From an uncultured Candidatus Rokubacteria bacterium (GTDB taxonomy: Bacteria > Methylomirabilota > Methylomirabilia > Rokubacteriales > DASRDR01), in contig CAWDVE010000004.1 of assembly GCA_963805625.1 (NCBI GenBank), positions 64,001-128,000 on the forward strand: a stretch of DNA of 64,000 nt, read 5' to 3'. Position 1 is the first letter of the stretch. Every line of letters begins with the position of its first letter. The notes under the pieces were generated by a model that saw only the letters and a list, made by a program, of their open reading frames with translations, searched no databases and was not told where the DNA came from. Shown here piece by piece: positions 36,903 to 47,405 of this stretch. Position numbers and translations under genes: made by a program.

Positions 36903-37925
36903 TCAGCCCTGGCTCCGGAGCGCCTCCGCGAAGGCGCGGAGCTCCTCGCGGGACGTGCGGCGCTCGAGCGCGACGTACGGCGCGATCCGGTCGAGCAGTT
37001 CCCCGTAGCGCTCGTCGAGCGCGGTGCGGAGGCCGTCGAGCGGCGCCTCCACCGCGAAGACGCGGAGCATCTCGTCCGTGATCAGGGCCGCCATGCCCGT
37101 CCAGTCGCCCTCGACCGACTTCCGGTGAAGCCGCAGCGTCAGGTCCTGCCAGCCGTGCGCGGCGAGAACCGGCTCGTAGGTCCGCGTCGACGCATAGAAG
37201 GCGATCTGGGTGCGGGCGTGCTCCCGGGCGCGCGCGACCTCCTCGGCGGTGCGACCCGTGATCATGAAGACCGAGCATGCCAGCTCGAGCGCGTGCCGGG
37301 ACCGGCCGGTCTTGGCGAGTCCCGTCTCGATGTTGGGGAGGGCAAACTCCCGGAGGTACTTCACCGAGTGGAACGGGTGGAGGTGCACCCCGTCGCAGAG
37401 CTCTCCGGCGAGCCGGAGGTTGTAGGCGTTCACCGCGGCGATGTAGATCGGGATCCGCGGGTGCTCGATCGGCCCGGGGGCGAAGAACGGGGTCACGAGC
37501 GTGATCGTGTAGTGCTCGCCCCGGAAGCTCACCGGCCCCCGGCTCTGCCACGCGTCCCACACCGCCCGCAGCGCCAGGATGTACTCGCGGAGCCGCGGCC
37601 CCGGGGGCGTCCACTTGACGGAGAACCGCCGCTCCATGTGTCCCTTGACCTGGGTGCCGAGCCCGAGGATCAGTCGGCCGCCCGACGCCGCCTGGAGGTC
37701 CCAGGCCGTGTGGGCGACCACGGTGGGGCTTCGGGGAAAGGCGACCGCGATCGCGGTGCCGAGGCTCACGCGGCGCGTGTGCTCCGCGGCCAGCACGAGA
37801 GGGAGGAACGGGTCGTGCCGTGTCTCCGCGGTCCAGAGCCCGTCGAAGCCCAGTGCCTCGGCTTCCCGGGCCATCGCCGGGACGTCGCCGAGGGCCTCGA
37901 TGGCCAGGGTCACGTCGACCTTCAC
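36903..37925 (-). CDS. LLM class, probably F420-dependent, oxidoreductase (TIGR03617-like)
   Basis: AETRHDPFL, AVAFPRSP, AWDLQ..S.GR..LGLGTQVKGH.ERRF and FYAST..Y. Confidence 0.88.
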   Translation of the reverse strand: MKVDVTLAIEALGDVPAMAREAEALGFDGLWTAETRHDPFLPLVLAAEHTRRVSLGTAIAVAFPRSPTVVAHTAWDLQAASGGRLILGLGTQVKGHMERRFSVKWTPPGPRLREYILALRAVWDAWQSRGPVSFRGEHYTITLVTPFFAPGPIEHPRIPIYIAAVNAYNLRLAGELCDGVHLHPFHSVKYLREFALPNIETGLAKTGRSRHALELACSVFMITGRTAEEVARAREHARTQIAFYASTRTYEPVLAAHGWQDLTLRLHRKSVEGDWTGMAALITDEMLRVFAVEAPLDGLRTALDERYGELLDRIAPYVALERRTSREELRAFAEALRSQG

Positions 37926-38101
37926 GGATGCCTCCCGCGGACCGGCCCGGTCACGCCGCCCAGCGTACCCCAGACTCCCCCCCGGGCTGGCGGGCGGCCC
38001 GGTCAGGGGGGAGGTGGCCGGCCCGTCCAGCTCCTTGCGGGTGGCCTGGCCCCTTTCGTCGACCGGACCGGGACCGGCCCTGGACGGCCGGCGGCGCCGG
38101 G

Positions 38102-39154
38102 CTAGGATCGGCGATACGCCATCGCCTCGAGCCGCGCCACGCGGGCCGCGATCGGCGGGTGCGTGGCGAAGAGATCCGCAAGCCAGCCCTCGCGGTCGTT
38201 GACCGCCCTGCCGAGCGGGTCGGTGATGCAGAGATGGGCCGTGCCACGATAGATGCGTGCCGTCGGCGCCGTCGCGGCCTCGAGCTTGTGGAGCGCGCTC
38301 GCGAGGCCGAGGGGGTTGCGCGTCAACTCCGCCCCGGAGGCGTCGGCCAGGTACTCGCGTCGGCGCGAGACCCCTGTGGCGAGGAGGCGCCCGATCAGGG
38401 GAGTCAGGAGCACGGTGAGGAGCCACACGACGAGCAGGACCACGACGAAGGGGCCGCCGAGCGAGGCGCCGTCCTGCCGCTTCGAGTCGCGGGAGGCCGG
38501 GATCCCCAGGCGCAGGCGCGTCGCCCAGTCGCTCAGGAGCAGCACGGCCCCGAGCAGCGCAGCCACCAGAGTCATCTTCCGGATGTCGAGGTTCCGGACG
38601 TGCGCCATCTCGTGGGCGATCACGCCTTGCAGCTCCTCGCGGTTCATCGTCTTGAGGAGGCCTGTCGTCACCGCGATGGACGCGTGGTCCGGGTCCCGGC
38701 CGGTGGCAAACGCGTTTGGATCCGGCTCGTCGATCAGGAAGACGCGCGGCATCGGCACGCCGGCCGCGATCGTCATCTCCGTGACGACGTTCATGAGCCG
38801 CTTGATGTCGGGGGAGGCGTCCTCGACGGTCACCGCGCGCGCGAAGCTCGAGGCGAGGACGGCGCGGTCGCCGAAGCGGTAGCCGAGCCACGCCGAGCCG
38901 AGCCCGAGGACGGCGGCGCCGGTGGCCGCGATCGGCAGGGGGAGTGGCACCCCGCCCGGGTGCACCACCCGAGCCGCGCCGAGGACGAAGAGATCGAAGC
39001 CGAACCCGATGAACGCGAGAAGCGCGACGAAGCCTGCGATGAGGAGCCAGGTGTCGCGCCGGTTCCGGCGCTGCTCGTCGAAGAGGTTGCCCGAGGCCGG
39101 CATGGGCGACCCTCGGGCAGGGCCTGCGGAGGTCGGCGGCTCCTCCGCGGCCAT
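38102..39154 (-). CDS. htpX: HtpX-like M48 membrane metalloprotease
   Basis: PNAFATG, GVIAHEMAH, SRRREYLAD and FATHPP. Lies downstream of lemA. Confidence 0.88.
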   Translation of the reverse strand: MAAEEPPTSAGPARGSPMPASGNLFDEQRRNRRDTWLLIAGFVALLAFIGFGFDLFVLGAARVVHPGGVPLPLPIAATGAAVLGLGSAWLGYRFGDRAVLASSFARAVTVEDASPDIKRLMNVVTEMTIAAGVPMPRVFLIDEPDPNAFATGRDPDHASIAVTTGLLKTMNREELQGVIAHEMAHVRNLDIRKMTLVAALLGAVLLLSDWATRLRLGIPASRDSKRQDGASLGGPFVVVLLVVWLLTVLLTPLIGRLLATGVSRRREYLADASGAELTRNPLGLASALHKLEAATAPTARIYRGTAHLCITDPLGRAVNDREGWLADLFATHPPIAARVARLEAMAYRRS

Positions 39155-39158
39155 CCCG

Positions 39159-39716
39159 TCACCGCGTACCGAGGTCGACCCGCGGAAGCTCTCGATCCAC
39201 GGCATCCACCTGGAAGAACTCGGCCGGCCTGAAGCCGAGGGCGCCGGCCACGAGGTTAGCCGGGAAGACCTGCTGGCGCGTGTTGTAGCGCGCGACCAGG
39301 TCGTTGTAGAGCTGGCGCGCGAACCCCACCCGGTTCTCGGTCGTGACCAGCTCCTCCTGCAGTGCGAGCACGTTCTGGTTCGCCTTGAGATCGGGATACC
39401 GTTCCATCACGGCGAGCAATCCACCGACTGCCTGCGTCAGAGCCCCCTCGGCGGCCCCGACCGCCCCGGCGCCGGAAGCGGAGAGCGCGCGCGTCCGCGC
39501 GGCCGCGATGCGGTCGAAGAGCTCGCGCTCGTGCTGCATGTAGCCGCGGACGGCCGCGACCAGGTTCGGGATGAGGTCGTGGCGCCGCTTCAGCTGGACG
39601 TCGATCTGGGACCAGGCGCTCCCGACCTGGTTCTGGAGCCCCACGAGGCTGTTGTAGAGCCAGACAGCCACGGCGATCGGGGCGGCGACCAGGAGGAGGA
39701 CGAGGAATCCGGTCAA
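39159..39716 (-). CDS. lemA: LemA family protein
   Basis: YN.LV, WSQIDVQLKRRHDLIPNLV, YPDLKAN and ENRV.FARQ.YN. Confidence 0.93.
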   Translation of the reverse strand: MTGFLVLLLVAAPIAVAVWLYNSLVGLQNQVGSAWSQIDVQLKRRHDLIPNLVAAVRGYMQHERELFDRIAAARTRALSASGAGAVGAAEGALTQAVGGLLAVMERYPDLKANQNVLALQEELVTTENRVGFARQLYNDLVARYNTRQQVFPANLVAGALGFRPAEFFQVDAVDRELPRVDLGTR

Positions 39717-41383
39717 TGGCCGTCGTCGGCCGCGTCCGGCTCGTGACCGATGGCCCCCGTGTGGTGGAGGATGCGGTCTGCCACCCGTCCCTCGGCGACC
39801 ATGGCGGCGAGCGCGGCGCGCTGGATCTTGCCGCTCGACGTCTTGGGGATCGTCTGCGGGCGGACGAGGAGGACCCGCGCGGGCCTGAGCCCGCTCCGCT
39901 GGCGGACGGCCTGCGTCACGTCGTGGGCGATGCGGGAGAGCTCCTCGGGCGCCAAGCCGTCCCCCCTCACCTCCGCGACCACGTGGAGACGCTGGGTGCC
40001 CGTGCGCTCGCTCTCGATCCCGATGGCGGCCGCGTACCGGACGCCGGCGACGTGGTCCGCGGCTTCCTCGATGTCGCCCGGGACGACATTCTCCCCGCGC
40101 ACGATGATCACGTCCTTGATGCGTCCCGTGATGAAGAGGTATCCATCGGCGTCGAGGAATCCGAGGTCGCCGGTGTGGAGCCGCCCGTCGCGGAGGGCGC
40201 GGGCGGTGGCCTCGGGATCGCGGTAGTAGCCCTGCATCACCCCCGGGCCCTGGACCAGGATCTCGCCCACCTCGCCGGGTTGCGCGCGCCCGCTGCCGTC
40301 GGCCCCGGCGATCTCGACCCGCACTCCCCGACAGGGCCGCCCCACCGAGACGAAGCGCCCCGTCGGATCAGCGCGCACCGGCTGCCCGTGCGGCCAGACG
40401 GCCACCGCCAGCGTCGCCTCGGCCAGCCCGTACGCCGGCGCGAAGATGTCGCCCACGCCGAAGCGCTCCTGGAACGCGCGGATCGTCGACAGTCGCACCG
40501 GCTCCGCCCCCGACAGCGCCATCCGGAGGCTCGAGAGATCGAGGCCGGTGGTGTCATGGATGTGCCGGAGACAGTTCCGGTAGCCGAAATCCGGGGACAC
40601 CGTGAGCTGGGCGCGGTGCCTGGTGATCGCCTCGAGCCACGCGCGGGGATCCCTGAGGTCTGGCGGGAGGAGCACGAGGTTCGCACCCGTGTAGAGCGCC
40701 CCGAAGGCGAGCCCGATGAGCCCCATGTCGTGATAGAGGGGCAGCCAGCTCACCAGCCGGTCGGTCGGCGTCACCTCCACGGCCTCCACCATCATCCGGA
40801 CGGTCGCCATCACGTTCCGGTGGCTCAGCACAACGCCGCGCGGCACGGAGGTGCTACCGGAGGTGTATTGGAGGAAGCAGGTCTCGTCCTCGGTGGCGCG
40901 CACGGGCGCGGCCACGGCGCTCCCGGTCTCGAGCACGTCCGGCGTCAGGAGGTGCCGGACGTCCGGCGCCTCGGCGCGCGCGGCCTCGACGTCGGCCCGG
41001 AACCAGTCGATCGTGACGACCGCCCGAGCCTCGCAGCTCCGGAGGACCCGGGCCTTCAGCTCGGGGTCCAGGGTGGGGTAGAGGGGCACGGGCACGGCGC
41101 CGATCGCGAGGGTGCCGAAAAAGGTGAAGAAGAACTCCTCGCACGTCGGGAGGATGATCGCCACCTTGTCGCCGGGTCCGAGGCCTCGCTCGCGTAGCGC
41201 CCCCGCGTAGCGGAGGGTCGTCGCGTGGAGCCGAGCGGCCGTCAGGGGGGTGCCGAAGAGCGTGAAGTAGAGGCTCTCCGGCTCGACCTCGGCCCGGCGC
41301 CGGATAAGCGCCGGAAGGGTCGGGGCCTCGGCAGGATGCCACGGCGGAGACGCCCTCGTCCCAGATTTTCGCGATCGCGTCAT
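39713..41383 (-). CDS. Fatty acyl-AMP ligase-like adenylating enzyme
   Basis: FLQYTSGST..PRGV, SWLPLYHDMGLIG, YGLAEATL, TGDLG and IPKTSSGKIQR. Start uncertain. Confidence 0.88.
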   Translation of the reverse strand: MTRSRKSGTRASPPWHPAEAPTLPALIRRRAEVEPESLYFTLFGTPLTAARLHATTLRYAGALRERGLGPGDKVAIILPTCEEFFFTFFGTLAIGAVPVPLYPTLDPELKARVLRSCEARAVVTIDWFRADVEAARAEAPDVRHLLTPDVLETGSAVAAPVRATEDETCFLQYTSGSTSVPRGVVLSHRNVMATVRMMVEAVEVTPTDRLVSWLPLYHDMGLIGLAFGALYTGANLVLLPPDLRDPRAWLEAITRHRAQLTVSPDFGYRNCLRHIHDTTGLDLSSLRMALSGAEPVRLSTIRAFQERFGVGDIFAPAYGLAEATLAVAVWPHGQPVRADPTGRFVSVGRPCRGVRVEIAGADGSGRAQPGEVGEILVQGPGVMQGYYRDPEATARALRDGRLHTGDLGFLDADGYLFITGRIKDVIIVRGENVVPGDIEEAADHVAGVRYAAAIGIESERTGTQRLHVVAEVRGDGLAPEELSRIAHDVTQAVRQRSGLRPARVLLVRPQTIPKTSSGKIQRAALAAMVAEGRVADRILHHTGAIGHEPDAADDGH

Positions 41384-41507
41384 CTGTGAAGCGAATTCTA
41401 ACACCGGCACGGGCCGCGCCTCGCCACCTCCGGGGTCAGACGGCGCGAAATCGACCGTCGAGAACGACTCGATTCTGCGACGGTCACACTCCGATCCCGG
41501 TGTCGCG

Positions 41508-42596
41508 TCAGTCCACCCAGTCGGCGACGAAGACGTTGAACTCGCGGGGTTGGGCCGCGCCGCGGCTCGAGCAGAAGACCAGGCGGCGGCCGTCGGGGGA
41601 GAACATGGGAAACGCGGCGAACGACTCCGTGTAGGTGAGGCGCTCGAGCCCGCGCCCGTCACGCCGGATCAGATACAGCGCGAAGTCGAACCGGCCCGGA
41701 TCGTGGAGGTTCGACGAGAAGACGATCCGCTCGCCGTCGGGGTGGAGGAAGGGCGCCCAGTTCGCCGCCCCGTTGGACGTGACCTGGCGCGCTCCGATGC
41801 CGTCGGCGGCCATCACGAAGAGCTCTGCCCGGGTCGGACGGACGAGGCCCTGTCCCAGGAGCGTCCGGTACTCGCCGAGCTCGGCCGGGTCGGTGGGGTG
41901 CCATCCGCGCCAGACGATGTCCCTGCCGTCCCAGGAGAAGAAGGGGCCGCCGTCGTAGCCGGGCCGGTCCGTGAGCCGCCGCACGTTCCCGCCGTCGGCG
42001 TCGGCAACGTAGAGGTCGAGGTCTCCATCGCGTATCGACGTGAAGACGATCCGCCCATCGGGCGCGATCGTCCCCTCCGCGTCGTAGCCGGGGGAGGCGG
42101 TGAGCCGGCGGAGATCGCTCCCGTCGTCGGCGCACGTGTAGAGGTCGTAGTCGTAGAGCGGCCACACGTAGCCGCGCGAGCGGTCCGGCGCGGGCGGGCA
42201 GTCCGCCCCTCCGTGATGCGTCGAGGCGTAGAGGAGCCGCGGCCCGTCCGGGAAGAAGAACCCGCACGTCGTGCGCCCGCGGCCGGTGGAGACGAGCCGC
42301 GCGTCGCTCCCGTCCGCGCCCATCGTGAAGATCTGATCGCAGCCGAAGGGCGGCCGCGTCGACTGGAAGACCAGCCGGGTCCCGCTGCGATCCCAGTACG
42401 CCTCGGCGTTCTGGCCGCCGAAGGTGAGCTGGCGGAGGCCGGCGAGGTGGCGCTCGCGCGGATCGCCCGGCGGCGCGGCGCGGACGGTCTGGGCGCGCGC
42501 CCGCCGGGCCGCCACGTGCTCCCGCAGGACGGCCGCCGCCCCGGTGAGACCGAGGCGCAGGATCGCGCGACGATCGAGAGATCGGCTCAGCAGCAC
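41508..42596 (-). CDS. TolB-like PD40 beta-propeller protein
   Basis: QLTFGGQNAEAY, GRTTC, GYDAE and GYDGGPFFS repeats, with a twin-Arg-like leader. Start uncertain. Confidence 0.85.
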   Translation of the reverse strand: MLLSRSLDRRAILRLGLTGAAAVLREHVAARRARAQTVRAAPPGDPRERHLAGLRQLTFGGQNAEAYWDRSGTRLVFQSTRPPFGCDQIFTMGADGSDARLVSTGRGRTTCGFFFPDGPRLLYASTHHGGADCPPAPDRSRGYVWPLYDYDLYTCADDGSDLRRLTASPGYDAEGTIAPDGRIVFTSIRDGDLDLYVADADGGNVRRLTDRPGYDGGPFFSWDGRDIVWRGWHPTDPAELGEYRTLLGQGLVRPTRAELFVMAADGIGARQVTSNGAANWAPFLHPDGERIVFSSNLHDPGRFDFALYLIRRDGRGLERLTYTESFAAFPMFSPDGRRLVFCSSRGAAQPREFNVFVADWVD

Positions 42597-42627
42597 CGGC
42601 CGGCCACGCGCGTCGGATCCCCGGCGG

Positions 42628-44499
42628 TCATCGTCGCTCCTCCAGCGTCGCCTGGGCGGCTCGCTCGGCCCCGTCGCGGACGTAGCTGACCTCGACGGCG
42701 TCACCCGGCCGCCGGCTTCGGAGGGCGAACACGAGGTCGTCGAGCGTCCGGACGGTGACTCCGGCGAAGCGCACGATGACGTCTCCCGCCTGGAGCCCCG
42801 CCCGGTCCGCGGGACTGCCGGGGCGGACGCCGCCGAGGCGCACCCCGGGGTGAGGCGACTCGCCGAAGTCGGGGACCGCCCCGAAGTAGGGCCCGTAGCT
42901 GGTGGCCCCGGCGCCCGCACGCGGCGGGCCCCCGGGCACGCGGACGAACGTTGGTCGATCGCCCCGATCGGCCAGCGCGCGGACGACTCGGTAGGCGACC
43001 GTGGTGACCGTCCGGAGCCCGTCGGCGTCGATCTTGTCCCAGGTGTCGCTCGGACGGTGGTAGTCGGCGTGCGGTCCCGTGAAGAAGAAGACGATGGGAC
43101 GCTCGCGGTTGAGGAAGGCCGTGTGATCGGACGGCCCCACGCCGTCGCCGCGCAGGACCAGCTGCGCCGGCAGCCCTTGGCCGGCCTGCTCCACCAGAGC
43201 GCGGAGCCCCTGTCCCGTGTCGACGCCCATGACGTGTAGCCGGCCGTCGCGGAGCCGGCCCACGCTGTCGAGGTTGACCATTGCCACGGTGCGGTCGAGG
43301 GGGATCGCCGGCTGGCCCACGTAGTGCGTCGAGCCGAGGAGACCGAGCTCCTCGCCGGAGAACGCGACGACGACCACGCTCCGGCGCGCGGCGCCGCTCC
43401 GGGTCAGCGTCTCGGCGAGTCCGAGGAGCGCAGCCGTGCCTGAGGCGTTGTCATCCGCGCCCGGGTGAATCGCGTCACCGCGCTCTGGCGCCAGCGAGAA
43501 CGGGCTGCCCCGGCCGAGGTGATCGTAATGGGCGCCGATCACGACGGCCTCGGCGGCGAGGGCCGGATCTGTGCCGGGCAGGATGCCCACGACATTCGCG
43601 GTCGTCCCTCGGTCGCGGAGAAGTGCCGAACGGATCCGTGCCCGCACGCCGGGTAGCGCGCGTGACACGGGCGCGCCCGTCCGGTCGATCTGGGCGCGGA
43701 GGCCCGCCAGGTCGCGCCCGGCCGGGATCAGCAGCGCGTCGGCGACCTCGCGCCGGACCGAGATCGCGACGATTCCCCAGGACGGCGTGGTGCCACGGAG
43801 CGCCGTCAGCCGGTCTCCGCGGCCCGGATTCTCGACGACGATCACGGCGGCGGCGCCGTGCTCGCGGGCGTTCAGGACCTTGTGGCGAAGCTCGGTGTAG
43901 TGGAAGTGCTCGGCCGGGCGGAACGGTCCCCGGGGATCCGTCTCGCGCGGCTCCCCGGTCATCACCAGGACGACCGTGCCGCGGACGTCGAGGCCCGCAT
44001 AGTCGTCGTAGCCGAGCGGAGGCGCGGTGATCCCGTAACCGGCGAAGGCCACGTCACTTGCGACGTCCCCGTCCGCCGAGAACGTGAACGGCAGAAAGTC
44101 CGTCCCCCCGGCAAACGCCCGCGGCGCGGCACCCGGCGCCGTCACGTCGATCGTGGCGCCGGCGGCAAGACGCACGCCCGTCAGCACGTCGAAGTGCTGC
44201 AGGAATCCGCCGGCATCACCGGCGGGGCGCAGTCCGAGGCGCAGGAACTCGGCGACGAGGTAGGCCGCCGCGCGGTCCGCCGCCGGCATGCCGGCCGCGC
44301 GGCCTTCCATGGCCGGGTCGCTCAGGTCCCGGACCCACCCGACGAGCCGCGCCGGCTCGGGCACGGGCTCGGCGGCGCGAGCCCAGCCTGGCGCCGCGGC
44401 GGTCGACGCGAGCGCGAGCGCGAGGGCGAGGAGGAGGCGGGTGCCCGCCCTACCGCGGCAGGTCGATGCTCCGGAACGCCTCGGCGTAGGTGTACCCAT
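42628..44499 (-). CDS. M28 family peptidase with PA and PDZ domains
   Basis: EGR..G, GYGI....YDDY, GAHYDHLG, GADDNASG, GEE, SDH, YHRPSD and a C-terminal PDZ domain. Start uncertain. Confidence 0.9.
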   Translation of the reverse strand: MGTPTPRRSGASTCRGRAGTRLLLALALALASTAAAPGWARAAEPVPEPARLVGWVRDLSDPAMEGRAAGMPAADRAAAYLVAEFLRLGLRPAGDAGGFLQHFDVLTGVRLAAGATIDVTAPGAAPRAFAGGTDFLPFTFSADGDVASDVAFAGYGITAPPLGYDDYAGLDVRGTVVLVMTGEPRETDPRGPFRPAEHFHYTELRHKVLNAREHGAAAVIVVENPGRGDRLTALRGTTPSWGIVAISVRREVADALLIPAGRDLAGLRAQIDRTGAPVSRALPGVRARIRSALLRDRGTTANVVGILPGTDPALAAEAVVIGAHYDHLGRGSPFSLAPERGDAIHPGADDNASGTAALLGLAETLTRSGAARRSVVVVAFSGEELGLLGSTHYVGQPAIPLDRTVAMVNLDSVGRLRDGRLHVMGVDTGQGLRALVEQAGQGLPAQLVLRGDGVGPSDHTAFLNRERPIVFFFTGPHADYHRPSDTWDKIDADGLRTVTTVAYRVVRALADRGDRPTFVRVPGGPPRAGAGATSYGPYFGAVPDFGESPHPGVRLGGVRPGSPADRAGLQAGDVIVRFAGVTVRTLDDLVFALRSRRPGDAVEVSYVRDGAERAAQATLEERR

Positions 44500-45148
44500 G
44501 CGGCTTGCCGAGGTCAGCCGCGCGCTCGCGGACCCGGCCCTCGGCGCCGGCGAAGTCCCGGAGCTGGCTCGCGTGGCATCTGAGCGCCTCGAGCTTCCGG
44601 TCCATGGTTCCCGTGATGTCGAGGACGACGTCCGGCTCCTCGTGGCCCATGAGGTAGACCTCGCGCACCCTGTGGGGCTCGAATCCCTCGGCGAGCAGCT
44701 CGGGGAAGTGCATCCGGTCTCGGGCGTAGGGATAGACGGCGTCGAGCGCGAGGCGGCCCGCGTGGCGGTGGTCGCGGTGGCCCGAGTAGGGATTCAGGCT
44801 CGGGAACGGGTTCTGGGTCACGATCCGGTCGGGACGGGTCCGACGGATCTCACGGATGACGTCCCGCCGGGCCTCGCGGGTGTCCTCGACCTCGCCGTCG
44901 GGATAGCCAAGAAAGGCGACATCCCTCACGCCGAGGACGCGCGCCGCTGCGCGCTGCTCGGCCTCGCGCACCGCGGCCAGGCGCTCCGACGTCATCGCGG
45001 GGTCGTCCGAGCCGCGGTTGCCGCTGGTGAGGAGGCAGTAGAAGACCTCGCACCCGTCCGCGACCCAGCGCGCGACGCTGCCGGCGCATCCGAACTCCGC
45101 GTCATCAGGATGGGCCACGACCACCAGGATTCGCCGGACGTCGGCCAT
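44450..45148 (-). CDS. PIG-L/LmbE family deacetylase
   Basis: AHPDDAE, T.G..G, R..EQ, HRDH and K..AL.CHASQ. Confidence 0.9.
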   Translation of the reverse strand: MADVRRILVVVAHPDDAEFGCAGSVARWVADGCEVFYCLLTSGNRGSDDPAMTSERLAAVREAEQRAAARVLGVRDVAFLGYPDGEVEDTREARRDVIREIRRTRPDRIVTQNPFPSLNPYSGHRDHRHAGRLALDAVYPYARDRMHFPELLAEGFEPHRVREVYLMGHEEPDVVLDITGTMDRKLEALRCHASQLRDFAGAEGRVRERAADLGKPHGYTYAEAFRSIDLPR

Positions 45149-45299
45149 GAGCGCTCCCGTGCGTGAGATATGCCGCTGCCGAATCACTCTACCATGTGGC
45201 CTCCAAGGGTCGGGGCGGTCCCCCAAGGCCCGGGTGGATGCCGAGGAATCCACCGCGCGCGCGGAGTACACTGAGCCCCGGCGGGAGGAGGTGAGGCGC

Positions 45300-46403
45300 T
45301 TGTTGGAGTCAGTCCTCGTCGCGGGCGGTGCTGGGTTCATCGGCTCGAACTTCGTCCGGCTCCTGCTCGCTCGCACGGACGCGCGGGTCGTGGTCCTCGA
45401 TCGCCTCACCTACGCGGGCAACCTGGCGAGCCTCGCAGACGTGCGGGCGCACCCCCGCTTTTCGTTCGTCCAGGGCAACATCGCGGATCGCGCGGCCGTG
45501 GCGGCCCTCCTCGAGAAGCACCGCCCGGATGCGATCGTCAACCTGGCCGCCGAGACCCACGTCGACCGCTCGATCGACGGCCCTCGGGCGTTCGTCGAGA
45601 CGAACCTGGTGGGCACGTTCGAGCTCCTGGACGCGGCACGCCAGCACCTCGAGATGCTCGAGCCCGCGCGCCGGGCCCACTTCCGGTTCCTGCACGTCTC
45701 CACCGACGAGGTGTACGGCTCCCTTGGACCCTCGGGGCGGTTCGCCGAGGCGAGCCCGTACGCTCCCAACTCGCCGTACGCCGCCTCGAAGGCGGGGGCC
45801 GACCACCTCGTGCGGGCGTATCACGAGACCTACCGGCTCCCGACGCTCATCACCAACTGCTCGAACAACTACGGACCCTTTCAGTACCCGGAGAAGCTCA
45901 TCCCCCTCATGACGCTCAACGCCGTCGAGGGCCGGCCGCTGCCGATCTACGGGGACGGCGGCAACGTGCGCGACTGGCTGCACGTCGAGGACCACTGCAC
46001 GGCGCTGCTCCTGGTCCTGCGGCATGGCGTTCCGGGCGGCCGGTACAACGTGGGCGCGGGAGACGAGCGGACGAACCTCGAGATCGTGGACGGGATCTGT
46101 GCAGCTCTCGAGTCGATCCGGCCGGCGGCGGAGAACCCTGCGCTGACCGGGCGCGGCCTCGCACGCTACGCGGATCTCCGAACGTTCGTCCCCGACCGCC
46201 CCGGCCACGACCGTCGCTACGCCGTCGACGCGACCCGGCTCACGACCGAGCTCGGCTGGCGCGTGGCGCATCGATTCCAGGACGGGCTCCGCGCCACCGT
46301 GGCCTGGTATCTCGAGCACCGCGAGTGGTGCCAAACGGTGCTGGCCGGCAAATACGGGCGGGAGCGCCTCGGCCTGGGCGAGACGGGGCCCACCCGCACC
46401 TGA
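45300..46403 (+). CDS. rfbB: dTDP-glucose 4,6-dehydratase
   Basis: GGAGFIGSNF, LTYAGN, AAETHVDRSI, STDEVYG, PYAASK and DRPGHDRRYA. Confidence 0.95.
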   Translation: MLESVLVAGGAGFIGSNFVRLLLARTDARVVVLDRLTYAGNLASLADVRAHPRFSFVQGNIADRAAVAALLEKHRPDAIVNLAAETHVDRSIDGPRAFVETNLVGTFELLDAARQHLEMLEPARRAHFRFLHVSTDEVYGSLGPSGRFAEASPYAPNSPYAASKAGADHLVRAYHETYRLPTLITNCSNNYGPFQYPEKLIPLMTLNAVEGRPLPIYGDGGNVRDWLHVEDHCTALLLVLRHGVPGGRYNVGAGDERTNLEIVDGICAALESIRPAAENPALTGRGLARYADLRTFVPDRPGHDRRYAVDATRLTTELGWRVAHRFQDGLRATVAWYLEHREWCQTVLAGKYGRERLGLGETGPTRT

Positions 46404-46512
46404 GCGCAGCACCGTCCCGACGCGGATCGGGATCTTGGGCGCCCGACTCCTCTAACCACGTTTGGTTGGATCGGCGCCCGGCGCTCGTGGGATCCCCCGT
46501 CCCGCGCTTTTC

Positions 46513-46542
46513 TTGACTGAAGGTATAACCCTGGTTTAACAT
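46513..46542 (+). promoter_or_regulatory. AT-rich sigma70 promoter of the IclR gene
   Basis: TTGACT-18 nt-TAACAT, with an AACC-CT-GGTT palindrome in the spacer. Confidence 0.55.
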
Positions 46543-46567
46543 TATTGCTCGACTTCTGTTTGGTCTC

Positions 46568-47374
46568 ATGAAGAAAGCCAAGTCCGACTATCTAATCCAG
46601 TCCGTCAGCCGGGCGCTCGACATCCTCGAGGCGTTCACGCCCAACGAGGGCGAGCTCGGGGTGACGGAGCTGTCGCGCCGTCTGAAGCTCCACAAGAACA
46701 ACGTCTTCCGTCTGCTCGCGACGCTCGAGACGCGGGGATACGTCGAGCAAGACAAGGAGAGCGGCAACTACCGGCTCGGCATGAAGACCTTCGAGGTGGC
46801 GAACATCTTCACGCACCACTTGGGGCTCGTTCGCCAGGCGCACCCGGTCCTCGATCAGCTCGCTCAGGCGACCGGCGAGGCGGCCTATCTCGGGGTGCTG
46901 GATGGACCCTCGGTCGTGTGCGTCGACATGGTGGACACCACGCAGCCGGTCCGGGTCGTGCCGCATCTCGGGCGGCGCTTGCCCGCGCACGCCGCGGCGC
47001 TCGGTAAGGCCCAGCTGGCGTTCCGCTCACGCGAGGAGCGCGAGGAGATGTGGAAGCGCGGCGCGCTCGCGAGCGCGACGGCTCGGACTCTCGTCGAGCC
47101 CTCGCGGCTGGCCGAGGAGCTGATCCGCGTGGCCGAGCGGGAATGGGCCCTCGAGGACGAGGAGCTCGAGCCGGGTGTCCGGGGCCTCGCCGCGCCAATC
47201 CGCGACTATGCCAGGCGGGTGGTGGGAGCCATCGGCCTGCGCGGGCCGGCCTTCCGGCTGCCGCTCGAGCGCCTCGAGACCGAGCTCGCCCCACGAGTCC
47301 GCGCCGCCGCCCGGGACGTGTCCAAGCGCCTCGGCTATTCCGTCGTCGCTGCCACCGCTACCACCGCCGATTGA
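46568..47374 (+). CDS. IclR family transcriptional regulator
   Basis: IQSVSRALDILE HTH, RLLATLE..GYV, H..ALGKA.LA and EE.E.GVR..AAPI. Confidence 0.93.
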   Translation: MKKAKSDYLIQSVSRALDILEAFTPNEGELGVTELSRRLKLHKNNVFRLLATLETRGYVEQDKESGNYRLGMKTFEVANIFTHHLGLVRQAHPVLDQLAQATGEAAYLGVLDGPSVVCVDMVDTTQPVRVVPHLGRRLPAHAAALGKAQLAFRSREEREEMWKRGALASATARTLVEPSRLAEELIRVAEREWALEDEELEPGVRGLAAPIRDYARRVVGAIGLRGPAFRLPLERLETELAPRVRAAARDVSKRLGYSVVAATATTAD

Positions 47375-47405
47375 CCGTCGTGGCGCCGGACGCGAGCGGG
47401 CGGCG

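Noticed and set aside
45300-46403. rfbB as the start of a polysaccharide or antibiotic-sugar cluster
   Set aside because: No rfbA/C/D or glycosyltransferase neighbours.
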